64,000 nucleotides of DNA from Rhina ancylostomus (Eukaryota). Below the pieces are notes generated by a model. The model did not search any database, was not told where the DNA came from, and saw nothing but the letters and a program-made list of their open reading frames with translations. Numbering within the stretch: the first letter of the stretch is position 1; every line of letters starts with the position of its first letter. The position numbers and the translations under genes are program-made. This document shows, in pieces, positions 24,150-38,322 of the stretch. Where the stretch lies: the NCBI GenBank assembly GCA_030265395.1, contig JARFYF010000094.1:67100273-67164272 (forward strand), in the 5' to 3' direction.

Positions 24150-24965
24150 CAAAGTTAAAGCCTGCCATTTAACATCTGCAAAATAGAGGTCCTTATTAAC
24201 CTGCCTTCATTGAACAACACCACCTACTGACAATAAAGATCCATGATAAGAACTCTGTAAATATGAACCACTTCCCATATCTTGGGAGATTCATCAAGGG
24301 AAACTGTTTAAAAATCATGACCTGAAACAAAGCACAAACCTCATGGTCTACTCCACAGCAATGCTCCTTATACTCTTCTGGGTCATAACCTACATGCAGT
24401 AGGCATCTCAAAGCAATGGAGATACAAACAACATAGCCTTTGCAGAGTTGTCCAAATCCACTGACAGGATAAGCAGACCAACATCAGCATCTCCTCCCAG
24501 GCCAATATACCCAGCATCAAGGTCCTAATTACATTCAGTTGACTCTAGACCATATGGTTTGAATGCCCAACACCAGCCTCTTGAAACAGACCTAAAATTC
24601 CAAGCTCTATCAGAGGAAACAAGTCAAGGATGGTCTCAAAGCCTTCTTGAAAATGTGTAACATCCCTCTCAACCTGTGGGGATCCCCTACTATAAAAAGA
24701 GGAGCAACATTTGAGATGACATTGAGAGCATTGAGTCCATTGTCAAGAGTACAGGCTAACCCAATAGAGACACTGGAGTGAGCACACCACTCACTTCCAA
24801 CTGCCCCACTTATGAGACTCTGCATGTCAGAATCATGCAGCATGGAAACAGGCCCTTTAGCCCATGCTGACCCATCCAAGCTAGTCTAAATGTTAGATTA
24901 GCCTCACCAGTCAGCTCAGAATCAGAGTGGAAGTCATCCTTTCATCCAAAGGACTGTATAAGAAG
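24150..24965 (+). mobile_element. Decayed RTE-like LINE fragment
   Basis: HFPYLG-like remnant (CACTTCCCATATCTTGGGAG) and KDGLKAFLKMCNI resemble the RTE C-terminus. A related minus-strand fragment lies at about 48690-49260. Confidence 0.5.
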
Positions 24966-27519
24966 AAACCATGCCAAATGTAAACCTAGCAGACAAATTA
25001 TTACTCCAGTCAGCTTACAATGCTTATTTGTTAGTGGCATGTTAAATTAGAATTCAACACTCTAGCTAAAGCCCCCTTAATCCCAGAAAGCTGAACACAC
25101 ATCCAGAAGCAGTATTTATTACAAGATTGGTAAGGAGTATCTCCACCTGAATCTTGATGAATAGTGCGTAGAGCACCTGCACTTCAGTAAAAACATCTTC
25201 AATGCCATCTCAAGCAGCCACAAATTCAACTTCACAGCAGCTTTACTACTGGCCATCAAAGCAATGAATCTTAATACTTCAGTTTTCTTCAAGACTGGAA
25301 CACGAGTCATTTGTTTACATCTTACAATTTTGTCATCCATTGTTGCATTAGGGAGGTTTATGACATCCACTGTTCAGAGGATATTTCACCATCTCCTGCG
25401 AAAGAACAGCAGGTAGGACAAATATGCAGCTTTGTGAAGACTGCAAGTGTCCCCAATGATTGCATACCTTGTGCAATCCATTGCAACCAGAAAGGATACC
25501 ACTCCATTTGTGGCACTATACAAGTCCATGCCCAGTCTCTTGGTTAGCAGTCATGCCTTCATTCGGTGCCATCTGCTTCCGAGCCACCACAACAAAGGTT
25601 CTCTGTTGACATGGACCTTAATTCTGATGCACAACTAACACTCACACGCACATAATAAAAGCTACACCGCCAGATGAACTGGATCAGGACAGACCACTGG
25701 CATCCTCAACCAATGATCCTGTTGCCCCGACCACTGTTGAGGCATGCATCATGGCAGATGTGTCAAAATGTGTACTGCATAACTTCCTATTATAGCTAAT
25801 GACAAAGGATGAAAAGTATAAAGTNNNNNNNNNNNNNNNNNNNNNNNNNNNNNNNNNNNNNNNNNNNNNNNNNTCTGCTAGGGCTGTCCATAACCAACAT
25901 CCAACAAGATCAACATGGGCTAGTGGGAAGGGAAGGCACGAATTGGAGGGAGATGGAATGCATAAAGGATTAAGTACGAAACTTCCTTGCCATCCCTACC
26001 ACTGAATAATAGATTCTGTATTAGCAACTCTAATGGTAGCCAGCACAATTTTCTCCATGGCAGTAAAGTAATTCAGCTACAGCCTCACAGTACAAAACAA
26101 GTGGAAGTGCATCAGTGACTGCTGTGTAATGTACTTGCCTCATGTGCTTATCATGATTGAAAACCTGTGAAGTACTATGCAAGGTATCACCAGGTATGAG
26201 TGGGGTGAAACGAATTAATTGCATTTCAAGTCTTGATGAATAGGGATTGTTGGTACTTGAGTGCTGGACCATGCTGCATTAGGTAATGTCTGAGGCCAAT
26301 GGTTGGGATATGACATTTTATAATACATTCATTTACCTTGACCGTGCATAAAATCATTGAACAACTTGTGATAAGGCCAGTTTTGAGGTTTGATTCCTGA
26401 CAATAACCACTCCTGCTATCTTGTCCAACTAACAGAGCAATGTGTATCTGGAGGGTATCCTGGCTCCCTCTGGATACAGCATATATCCTTTATTTCATAT
26501 ACCAAAGCTTTCAATTTCAACAATGGAGCATAGTCTACGAGATCAGAATGAGTTCCAGAATGCCTGTGACATTTGCTACAACCTCAATACATCTCCTTGT
26601 AAAGGCTGCAAACTGAACTTAATGCTGGATAGCTTTCATTGGTATGGTCATCCACAGAATTGACACACATAATGCACAGGCAGCACAGATGTGCTATGCT
26701 GAAGGCAGGAATTTTATTCCATCAAGTTAGAGATGCTTGCAGACAGATTTCTAGCTTCCACAAAAAAAAAAGTTCACAAAGAGCTTCAGTTTCATTTCGG
26801 TGAAATTCATTGCATCAGTAAAAAGCTTAACCCAAACATACCTGATTTTATAGGGAACCCAGAGGTTGAGAGGAAGTCACTTGGCACACCCAGGTTGGAG
26901 TGTTGGTCCTTGGGATGATTCAATCCTTAAATAAAAGTGTACAGAATTTATTCTGCTATTTCTTGAAAGCTATACAGTAATAAAAGTATGCATGTATGAA
27001 AAAAACTTTGAGCTGATGTAACATATGAATTCAAGTATACTTATGACAGAGGGAATTAAGTATATATTAGAAATATATTTTGAAGAATAGCTTCAAAAAT
27101 TTCATAAATTCTCACTATCATGATATTGAATCAAAGTTTGTGCTGGAAATATCTGCTACCAAAAAGGTGAATGCAAGTGTTCAGAAAAATATTTCACATT
27201 CTTCATGCCTCATATGAGCACAAACTAAGGTCAAAGTAATGTACTGTTTAAACTCTTCATGCATTAAGTCAATCCAGCCACCAAATTTGCTGTGAAAACC
27301 CCTATTATGTTAGCAACTAGAAACACCTCTCCAAAACCCAGTTTGTGTGTTAATCTTCCAGCATTTACAGACACTTTAGATTAGATTTCAACCAAGGTTT
27401 TACAACTGAAAGTTAATCTTTCACATTCAGCCTTAAGAATCTTAAGTGAATTATGCAGTTAAAATAGCATAAATCCTTCTGGAGTAATTCAAAGTTAATA
27501 CTTCAAATGCAAAACTGAC

Positions 27520-27560
27520 CTGGGTCTTTTCGCCCTGGTTTTTCAAACCGTCGTTCTCCT
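27520..27560 (-). CDS. GIGYF2: GIGYF2 coding exon 6 (GERRFEKPGRKDP)
   Basis: 41 nt, TTTTTAATAG| acceptor, CAG|GTCAGT donor, phase 2-1. Confidence 0.93.
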
Positions 27561-30312
27561 CTATTAAAAAGTAAAAGCAAATTAAATTTGTTGTAGCTAA
27601 GACCCAGTAGCAACAAAGAAGAGATAATTCAACATTAAACCCATTTTAGTAATCTGGTCCAATCTGAGAAGTGCCTTTTGTATACCAAGATCACTGTTTA
27701 ATCATGCCTGGCATCTCCCATAAAGCATCTTAAGTCTATGCAGAGAAATATTCCAAGGACCTATCTACAAATTCATAAATATTTTCCCATAACCAATATC
27801 ATTGTACAGTGATATACTTGTTAAAATCATAAGCAGTCACTTTGCTTTTCCATATTTATTGCATCTCATGTGAATATATAATTTTATGTGTAATAGTTGG
27901 ATTTAAGGAAAATGCAAAGCTTCTTGAGAGTTTAAAAGAAACAATTAATTTTGAAGAAGTTTTTTTTGGTTGTTTCCAGCAAAGATGAAGCAACTATATT
28001 AAAATGTGATGCAAATGAAAATATTTTCTATGACAGAAAACAATGACGTGATAAATAGGTATTGATGTCATTGCATGGATATGTTCTGAAAGTAATTAAA
28101 TATCATAATTTATACTAAATGCACAATAAAAATATTAAGCTCAACACCAGCATTGGTTAATCTCCTTTGAAAAGATTTGTCTGATACTGTAACACAGATC
28201 GTTTTCAAAACTTGTTTTTCAATATTTTCAGACTAGAATTTTGTAGCAATAAAGGGAAATAAAAAACAACTATGCAAATATAACATTTTAAACATCCTTT
28301 GGATATCTCAAAGTATCTCACAGCTGTTTCTTTTGGAGGGTTGTCATTATTGGAATGTTAGGAAATTTAAAATTAAAAACATATTTAATCTCAAAATAAA
28401 AATATCCATGAAACTAGAACAGATAGTAGGATGTTAGCAGGATCAATCTGCAAGACATACATTAGCATTTCATTTCAAATGTTTACAAGGAATAAATAAT
28501 TTTATTAAAAATGCAAAAACTCAGTGACTTTACATTGCAGTTTTTTTTAAAATACATAGCTCTCAGTTGAAATGGAAAAAACAAGTTTGGAGTCTCATCT
28601 TTTTATAGCAGAGCAAGAATAATAGCCACTTTTATTCAAGGGTATTAAATTGCAGCACTCACCAAAATACATTATTTTAATGGGGACATTTTCAAATCTA
28701 TTTACTATTCCCTACAGTGATTCTTTTAAGTTAAGTTCAGCATTAACATGTTAGAAATACAAATTTATAATTATTAAATTCAAGATACTGACAGAGCTTA
28801 AGCTGCAAAAGCACACCCAAGATCTTTATGGACAAGTGGCCTCCAACTATAGCTGTTTCTATAGTTTTAAGAGCTTCAAAAATAATACAAATTGTACAAC
28901 TGACCTTTGAAATTACCTGAAATGAATCAGTGCTGTGGTTCTTTGAGTGGTTCATTTTTGCAATAAGCCACCATCACCCGTAATAACATAATGAAATAAA
29001 CAGTTTTTTTTATTATGAAGTTGATAAAAATCTTAATTTATTTTTGGCCCATCTCTTTGGCTTGTAGAATACATACTTTGATTTGCACATCTACATCAAC
29101 ATAATGTGCATTCTGTTCATCTACTCTGTGGGTTGGCATGTACTTACAATCCTCATTAGGAAAGAGAACAATGCCAGTAATTGTAATTTAACTGCAATAA
29201 TGGCACATAGATCAGATCGACCTAAAAACAGCAAAACTGATTCCAGAAATAACATATATAAAAAGATCAATCTACTGCTGTGTTACACGATAATACTCTT
29301 TAATTGCTGCATTTAACAATTTTGGCTCAAATTTTTGGATGGATTCTACAGAAAAAGTTCAAAGCTCTGATTGCTTGTGCATTTGAAGCTGCAGGGGAGT
29401 TAGTCTGAGAAGCACTATTTACCCTAATTTGTAAATTTATTCTGATAATCCAATTAAGTCGCTTCTAAATTTTGTAAAAGTATTTTACATTACCCTAGCT
29501 GAGGTATGTAACCATTTCAATGCACTGTCCATTGTATAGCCTGCTAAAATAAATATACATACAATTCGATAAACAAAATTTAAAACTGCAGTCTCAATTT
29601 TACCCATTATAATGTGCACTTCAGGCCAACAGATAAAGTTATCCTTTCACTCCGCAGTCATTAAATACAGAGTATTTTAAAACTCCATGTTAACTTATTG
29701 GATGCAGAGAACATTCTCAAATTCCTCCAAGAAATAAGAACACACCCACTGGTATTTAAATAAACCCTGCTGTAATATACAAAACATGATACTTGCATCT
29801 CAAGTAAAGTTGTAGTTTTTGCTGTACCTCAGATTACAACTGAACAGAGGAATACTGGATAGCTCTTTCAAAGAGTCACAGGTATAATAATGGCCTCCTG
29901 CAGCAGCTCATCATTCAGAGTTTAAATTAAGTGCTTCAACCCCATGATGTTAGGTTTGGGAGCTCTGTGTATATCTGCAGAATGGATTCCACTTTAGGCA
30001 CCAATATCCAAAAAATACTTAGGGATGCAAACATTGAACTTAAAACCACATGCTGAAGCACTGTATTTATGCAATATGAGAAATAGATTAAATATGGATA
30101 CTCTGCACATTCCAAAATGAGGTTTTCCAGTACTATTTTGGGCACATCCATTTTCTGAATCTGCTATTGCATTAAGTATGACTGAAATAGAAGCCACACA
30201 CTTCAACATCATATTAAACATTAAGTAGTAATAAACTGCATTTATATTCTCTTTTAAACTAAGTATGAAAAAAATTAGTCTGAAAACAATTGGAATAACT
30301 ACACCTAAGCAA

Positions 30313-30500
30313 ATTAATTTGCAAGTGTAGATTGCCCCTAGTGTGTGCAGGTAAATAATAGAATCTGGAGGGACTTGATGAGAATATAAGGAGAATTAAA
30401 AAGAGATTAATGTAGGATTAGTGTAAATAGGTGATTGATAATCAGCGTGGACTTGGTGGGCTGAAGGGCCTGTTTCTGTACTGAATCTGTCCATGATTCT
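30313..30500 (+). mobile_element. SINE 3' half
   Basis: GTAGATTGCCCCTAGTGTGT...GGACTTGGTGGGCTGAAGGGCCTGTTTCTGT, shared with the other copies. Confidence 0.75.
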
Positions 30501-30719
30501 ATAACTGCTAGGAGAAAAAGATAGTTCCAAAAATTTGTTTTTGGTTCTAAGTTGGACTTGAGATGGTGGAAACAGTTCTGAAACAAAGACAAGTTAGACT
30601 TGTAACAGGGTAATGGAGGACACTCAACAAAGACTGAAGCAAACATGAAAGCATTTAGTTATTATACAGTTGTTAATACCAGTGAAAATACTAGCTTCCA
30701 GAGGATTAACTGAATTGGA

Positions 30720-31080
30720 GAACAACGGACTGCTGATGCTGGAATCTAGATGAAAAACACTTATGATGCTGGAGGAAATCAGCAGGCCAGGCAGCATCCG
30801 TGGAGATAAGCAGGTGGTCAACATTTCTGGTCAGGACAATTCTTCAGGACTAAAGATAGGAAAAGAGAAAGCCCAATATATAGGAGGGAAAAGCAGAGCA
30901 GTAATAGGTGGACAAAAGAGGGGAGGTGAGGTGGGCACAAGGTGGTGATAGGTGGATGCAGTTAAGAGATAGTGATAGGCAGGTGCAGGGGAGGAGGGGA
31001 GAGCAAATCGACTGGGGGATGGGTCAAAGGTGAGGAAAGAGAAGAAAAGGGGTGGGTAGAAAAAAAATAGGCTAGGAAAG
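30720..31080 (-). mobile_element. Penelope-like 3' terminal fragment with hammerhead-like core
   Basis: GATGCTGGAATCTAGA...AGCAGGCCAGGCAGCATCCGTGGAG followed by a purine-rich tract. Minus strand has CTGAAGA...GAAA. Confidence 0.75.
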
Positions 31081-31124
31081 GAAAAAGAGGCATGCCAAAG
31101 TAACATTTTAATGTATCAACTCAC

Positions 31125-31233
31125 CTTTCTTCCCAACTTTGCGACCTGTGCATTTCTCGAACCCCTCGACCAAAACCTACTTCACCTTCATCGAAACTTC
31201 TTTGGTAAAAACCACCTTCACCTCGTCCTCGAC
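31125..31233 (-). CDS. GIGYF2: GIGYF2 coding exon 5 (GRGRGEGGFYQRSFDEGEVGFGRGVREMHRSQSWEER)
   Basis: 109 nt, ATTTCAG| acceptor, AG|GTGAGT donor, phase 1-2. Confidence 0.96.
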
Positions 31234-32799
31234 CTGAAATTTAAAAAAAAACAAAACTTAGGAATTTAAAATAATACAGAATTTTCAATCAACTTTTATG
31301 TTATGCTATTCAAGATATTTTTTAAAACATTTCTCAATATTGTCAATTCTCTAGTAAATGCAGACTGGGAAAATATTAAGTATTGAATAGATATATTGCA
31401 CAAAGAACTACTGTAAACGGAGAAATTCCTCAACTGGGTGACAAGAACAGAATGCAGCCCCGATGGATGAAAAGATAAAAATCCTATTGATCAGAAAGGT
31501 ATACGATTAAATTTTAAATTTCATCTAGTTCCCTATGAACATGTATAACACAGCCCATGATATATGGCAAATTTTTTCAAAGATTTCACAGAGATGGAAA
31601 ATGAAACTATCACACAAGTGCTTTAGGAGATACTTGGAATAAAAAATCAGATCCATATTCCCACTAATTTGCTAGTTTCTCAGATCAACAACTGAATTGC
31701 CCATATTCTGTTTCTGGTCTAAAACCAGGCTTCACTATTAATTCTTCAATGTATCACTGCCTACCTTAATTCAACTAAGGGCTGCATGATTACCAGTCCA
31801 CTTCTATTAATCCATTTTCTATGAATAAAGCTTTCACAGTGTGTGATCTCACCAGATGATGCACGTATCACCATGCAAAAACAAAAAGCTCTGACTCCCA
31901 AAGTCTCTCACAACCATACACTCAGAGAACCAACATGGAAGTAGGGGACTAATGTAACACAAGATAGATATCTTTACATGTTTAACATAGTTGCTCTCTC
32001 ACCTACGTTGGTTCCTTTGTTCCCCAACCAAATTTTGCATCAATATTATTCCCAGAGATACCAATCCCAATTTTTCTTCATTGAAGAGTTAAGGACATTC
32101 CCTCAGTAGCTGGAAATGGATGGTATCACACTAGATCCTGTTGTGGGATTGCTTCTGGTCACAACATAAATTAACAACTTGGATAAAAGATTAGAAAGAT
32201 GTTCAGAGAATACCGAATTAGGATGCACAGTACATATTTGCCACAGAGAAATATTTTACTTTGAACTGAGTAAGCTGGGAGAAGTGGAACAACAAAAAGA
32301 ATCTGGGATATAAATTTAGAGTGGCATCATGTGGACATGGAAAAAATGTTTACAGAATATTCCATTTTATGACCAGACAGAGGGTACAATCAATAAACAT
32401 GATGATGAATCTATATAAAATCTTCCTAAGACCATTACTGCATTTGAACTCCACATTGTAAGATACTGAAGCAACAGAGCGATAGCAGATTTACTCAGAA
32501 GCAAATCCTGGCTACCCAAATTCTTCCATTAACAAACACTAATTTATCTAATGTTCTTACAATCACTTCCAGACCAGAAGTGGTGCTACTTGAAGATCTT
32601 ACTCCCAACTTGCCTCAATCCTACTGGAGCAGTCTTCAATTGTACCTGAAGATGATGCTTAAAACACAAAGTGCATCTATTCCCACACTGTTGCACATTA
32701 AGCACTTAACATCANNNNNNNNNNNNNNNNNNNNNNNNNNNNNNNNNNNNNNNNNNNNNNNNNNNNNNNNNNNNNNNNNNNNNNNNNNNNNNNCTATAG

Positions 32800-33143
32800 A
32801 ACATCTCTGCTGGGAGTCAGTCATACAGAGATACAGCACAAAAACAGGCCTTTCAACTCATTGATTCCACACCAACCATCAACCAGCCATTTATACTAAT
32901 TTACATTAATCCTTTTTTTTAATTCTCCCCACATTCTACCACTCACTTGCATACTAGTGGCAATTTACAGTGGTCAATTAACTAACCAAGCTGCATGTCT
33001 TTAGGACATGGGAGGAAACCAGAGTATCATGCAATCATATGGAATTTGCAAACTCCTCACCAACAGCACCCAAGGTCAGAATTGAATGTGGGACTCAAGC
33101 ATTGAGAGGCAGCAGATCTGCTAGCTGTGCAACAGTGCCACCC
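32800..33143 (-). mobile_element. tRNA-derived SINE, same family
   Basis: Reverse-complement match to the other copies. Confidence 0.85.
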
Positions 33144-36100
33144 ATTAGTGCTTTAACCAGGAAATTAAACTGGGCCTCCCAATGAACCACCAATTCAGTT
33201 GAATTATTCAGTGGAGTCAATTTTGGAATTAATCTGGAGCTCCAAATGGCTGTTTGGATCTTCAGCTGGGCCAACAGTAGGACCCCTAATTTACAGATAT
33301 CAACCTTAAGATCCTCACTGAAAGGTGCAAGGAGGTGCTTCACACCAAGGATGCCTGGAAGCACTTCATTTAAGGCCCCTATCCCTTCCACAATGCAAGC
33401 ATAAACAAAGCAACACTACACAGCCAGGAGAGAGGGAGTGGCGAGAGAGAAAAGCCACAAGTGGGTCATTGCAGACATGAGACATATGCCACAAATTTCC
33501 CTCATTTGGTCAAATATAGTGCCATTACCTGCAAATGTCACAATACTAACACTGTACACGTGCTCTTACACATCAGATTGCAAATTAATTTTCTATCTTA
33601 CAGGAACGCAGTTGCTTACATCGCTGAAAAAAATGGGCTCTTGCAATTGCGAGATTGTGTAGCACACAGCCCGAGACCAGTGCGGGTCAAACACACAATT
33701 CACCTTCAATTACAGGTCATTTCGCCTGCCCACACCTTCAATGCATTGTAGGTTTTACTTTTATCAATGTACATTTTCCATGAATGCAGCTTTTCCCCTA
33801 GCTCTCCCATCACCACCAGTATGTTCTTTTGCCTTTATCATTGCAGATTCACAGGAAATCTCACATGGCCATGCCTCCCTTCCCTGTGTTGAAGTCAATC
33901 TCTGCAATATGGAAGGAGATCACTACATCACATTTGCACTGGCTTCAGGTCCTTTCCTCAACTGCCTGGCAGCACAACACACCCAGAAGGACAAGCATGA
34001 TAAAAGAGGCCAATAATTGAAGAATTATTTTCTGTAATCTCTAACAGTTCATCAGCATAATTTCCACTCATGGCCCTTTCAAGGTGACAAGAAGCTGTTT
34101 CCCAACAAAACTGAACAAGTCTGTTCACCCAATTTAATATAGTGCTGGTGCCGTACATGGGTCCAAGGGAAAAACTGGTTCCTCATTTGTGTATGATCCC
34201 TAAACAGGAAAACATAATACAATTTAATCAGAAAGCTTCAAAAAGTACTGCACAGAAATTATATCATCCATGCATGTGCAATATCAAGTACTGCCCTTGA
34301 ATAACTACCAGCAATTTTTAAATCTGTGCAAAAGATTTGTTTTGCAATATTCTCATGATGTGCACACTTAGAGATTTTCAATCACATGGTACATAAAAAC
34401 AATATGCTACATTATCAAACATTTAGCCCCAAGATATGAAATTTTAAAAAAACTGCAGATTCTGAAAACCTGAAATAAAAAAATTGCTGGAAAAAAACTC
34501 AGGTCAGGCAACATCTGTGGAAAGAAAAACAAAAGACAACATTTCATGTCAAAGACCCTGGTGAGAAAGAAGGAGGGAAAAAAACAAGTTAGCAACAAAA
34601 AAGCAAATTTTGGGTTAAAATGTTGGTGGTTAAATTTCTAAAACTATACATGATAATAGCTTCTTTTTAATATTAATGTGTCATGTTCTGTAACTTATTT
34701 GAATGATGACACCCAGTGGCATTATGTTAGTACTACATATGAAAAGTTTCATATACTTTCCATTGTAAGGAAGTGGAAAAGGATCTTTGAGAAAAAAGTA
34801 GTAAAGATGACATTTTATGGGTATACACAGAAGCTGGATGAGCATCTTAACCTTTCCTTTCTTTTTCAATCTTTTTTATTGGTTTCAAATCAATACAAAT
34901 GGTATATGGCATCAAAGTTTGTACATATNNNNNNNNNNNNNNNNNNNNNNNNNNNNNNNNNNNNNNNNNNNNNNNNNNNNNNNNNNNNNNNNNNNNNNNN
35001 NNNNNNNNNNNNNNNNNNNNNNNNNNNNNNNNNNNNNNNNNNNNNNNNNNNNNNNNNNNNNNNNNNNNNNNNNNNNNNNNNNNNNNNNNNNNNNNNNNNN
35101 NNNNNNNNNNNNNNNNNNNNNNNNNNNNNNNNNNNNNNNNNNNNNNNNNNNNNNNNNNNNNNNNNNNNNNNNNNNNNNNNNNNNNNNNNNNNNNNNNNNN
35201 NNNNNNNNNNNNNNNNNNNNNNNNNNNNNNNNNNNNNNNNNNNNNNNNNNNNNNNNNNNNNNNNNNNNNNNNNNNNNNNNNNNNNNNNNNNNNNNNNNNN
35301 NNNNNNNNNNNNNNNNNNNNNNNNNNNNNNNNNNNNNNNNNNNNNNNNNNNNNNNNNNNNNNNNNNNNNNNNNNNNNNNNNNNNNNNNNNNNNNNNNNNN
35401 NNNNNNNNNNNNNNNNNNNNNNNNNNNNNNNNNNNNNNNNNNNNNNNNNNNNNNNNNNNNNNNNNNNNNNNNNNNNNNNNNNNNNNNNNNNNNNNNNNNN
35501 NNNNNNNNNNNNNNNNNNNNNNNNNNNNNNNNNNNNNNNNNNNNNNNNNNNNNNNNNNNNNNNNNNNNNNGTTCAAATACTCTCAACTTCTCTTGGAGAG
35601 ATGTGCATGGAAAGTAGAGTTAAATCAACAAGAACCTTGTGGTTCATATATCATTAGTTTAAAATATTGCTTAAGATTGTTTTCTTAAAGTTCTCTTTTT
35701 TTTTGATGGTCAAACAATATAATCAAAGATTTCAAATGGATAAGCTATTTCTGTGCAAAATAAGCAGCACAATTATTGCCCAGACACCAGATGGCATTAC
35801 ATCATTTTTTTGGGCATACACAATTAAAACGAAAAAGCTAAAAAAAATTCAGAAACTTACTGACAGTTGTATGGTCTGTGGTTTTCCTTCCAATTACTTT
35901 CTGGGCATCTGATGTGCTAATGCACAGTGGGGGCTAAGCACAAGCAATAGTGTCCAATAGCACTTAGTACATACCTGGACCCTACTTCAAGTATTTTCAT
36001 GTCAGCTGAGCAAACTCTACCCATCCAAATCCTGACACAATTATTCCCAAACCAACCCCCTTCCCAGCAACAAGCATCCTCAATCACTACGTGACAAGGT

Positions 36101-36649
36101 TAGCCTTGCATGGTACCTTTAAGCTCTGCAACTGTGAAACAGGCAAAAGAATTGCTGCTTCTTGACACACGCTTCTGAATTTTCTAGTAACATCCCATCA
36201 AAAAATTGGTTCATCAACCACACACCAACAGTTTAACATTCCTAAACCTGCACTGTTCAATTTCTGAGCAAATAACCAACAACTTTGAAACTGATGTGGA
36301 TACAAATGGATAATGAGCTTTTTGGTTGAATTAACCATCTGTCTACTTTAATCATGGACATTTTAAATGGTAGGAACCATGATGTAATTCATGAATTAAA
36401 TATTAAGAGTTGAACATAAACAGCTGCCAAATTACAATTAAAATTAACCAGTAAACAGAAAGGTAAACAACCTTTCTGGCCTGAGACAGCAGATCTCTTG
36501 CTGACAGGAGAGAGAATCAAAATAACAAAGACAGCTGCTATACAATAGAGATTACAAGAAAACTTGTTTATAATGTCCTACAGTTTCCTCCAATTTGGAT
36601 GAGTCCTCATTCAGTAGGCTGTGAAGAACAAATAATTAAGAACGGCAAT

Positions 36650-38030
36650 AGTACACTGGTGCAGCCTAACCCTTTCACAGTGTTATAACTTCCCCCGATC
36701 CTAGCTATGAACTTGCTTCTCTCTCATCTTTCATTTTCTAGATCAACCTATCCTTCAGACCCATCTTAATCCTATTCGCACAAAATCATTATCTCCAAAC
36801 CTTCCTGGTATTCATGATGGCTGATATTGTTAATGAGCTTCTCTCTCATGAACCATGCCCTTCTCCTTCAAATATTCCCCCATCACTCCTCATTAGAGAA
36901 AAAAATAGGCACTGACTACCTCAATCCTTGTAAGATTAGGATCCTATTTCCAACCTCTCTTTTCTCTCCCAAGTCATTGAATGTGTTGCAGCTTCCCAAG
37001 AACTCTCACCCATATTATCAAGAACTGCTTGATTGAATCTCCCTAGTCAGGCTTACACCCATGCCGCAATACCACAGCAGCTCTTACCACTCATAAATGA
37101 CACCGAGTGATCATGTCAAAGCTAATCTATTCTTTCTCCTCTTCTCAACCATATTCAGTCTGCAACTCAATTGAACACAATATCCCCCCCTTCAACCCCT
37201 TCCAGCTATCATCCAGCTGGGTGTGACTATGTTCATCTGACCATCTAAGTTTTGCTGTAGAAATCCAGAAGTGGCCTCTCTTTCTTCAAAGTGTAACCTC
37301 TGGTCATCCAATCCTTGGACCTATTCCTAATCTAAATCCTGTTCCCCATCAGCATTATATAACATTATGTTCAATCTCCAAATTGTCAAAAATCATATTT
37401 GACATAACATGGTATATAAAAAAGGTCTTCCAAATGAAAATTGGGAAAAGCAAACTACTGTCTCTGGTGTCACTAATGCCATTCTTTCCCATGGTATTTA
37501 CCATTAACCAGATTTGTTTGTCATCTGATGCCAAGATAAGCTTCAGAATAATACTTGTGCAATTAAGATTGCTTATTTCCACCTCTGTAATAACTACACC
37601 CGAAACTCTCATTGCTAACTTCGTTAGTTCCCAATTATTCTAACACGTTTCTACTCGGCCTCTTTTATTCCACCTTCCATAAACTTACCATTCAAAACTC
37701 TGCTGTCTGTATCCTAACTGGCACGAAGTCCTCTTCACACAAAGCTATGCTGGCTAAGTTAAGCACAGCACCCATTTTAAAATCCTCTCCCTTGTCCTCA
37801 ACCTCCTTTATTGCTTCACCGTTCCTTTCTAATCTCCATTCACTGTGGCATCCCCACCTCTTTAATTATGATAATTTCCAAATTTAACTGCTCCAACATT
37901 AACAGCTGTGACGTCCTTGTTGAGGAATTAATTTCAGGAATTCCTCTGTGAAAACACACAGCCTCTTTTCATCTTTAAAACTCCCCTCAAACCTACCTCT
38001 TCAATAAATTATTTGGCATTCTACCTCCCA
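36650..38030 (+). mobile_element. Decayed L2-type LINE
   Basis: C-rich segment with L2-like remnants (IQNSAVCILTGTK; LFKTxLKTYLF-like CTTTAAAACTCCCCTCAAACCTACCTCTT). Confidence 0.55.
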
Positions 38031-38213
38031 ATACTTCTCTGTGTTATTGTGAAATGTCTTATGATACAGTGGTATTCAAGCAGATGCTCAAACAATTATT
38101 CAATCACTCTGAAGCATGCATATGCACTGATCTCTTTAAATTGTTTAACCCATTAAGCAGGTATCCATCAAGTAACAAATCAAATTTAGGAAACTTAAAT
38201 TTATTATGCTTAC

Positions 38214-38322
38214 CTCTACCTCTTGAGGAACTTCTACCTCTTGCCGCCCCTACCACTGTTCCTCCACCTCGTCCCATTAATCTTAGGACTGCTGCACTAT
38301 TTACAGACATGGAAAAATTTCT
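38214..38322 (-). CDS. GIGYF2: GIGYF2 coding exon 4 (RNFSMSVNSAAVLRLMGRGGGTVVGAARGRSSSRGR)
   Basis: 109 nt, CCACCAG| acceptor, AG|GTAAGC donor, phase 0-1. Confidence 0.96.

Noticed and set aside
34678-35688. Long ORFs of 224-336 aa
   Set aside because: They are made almost entirely of N-gap (X residues).
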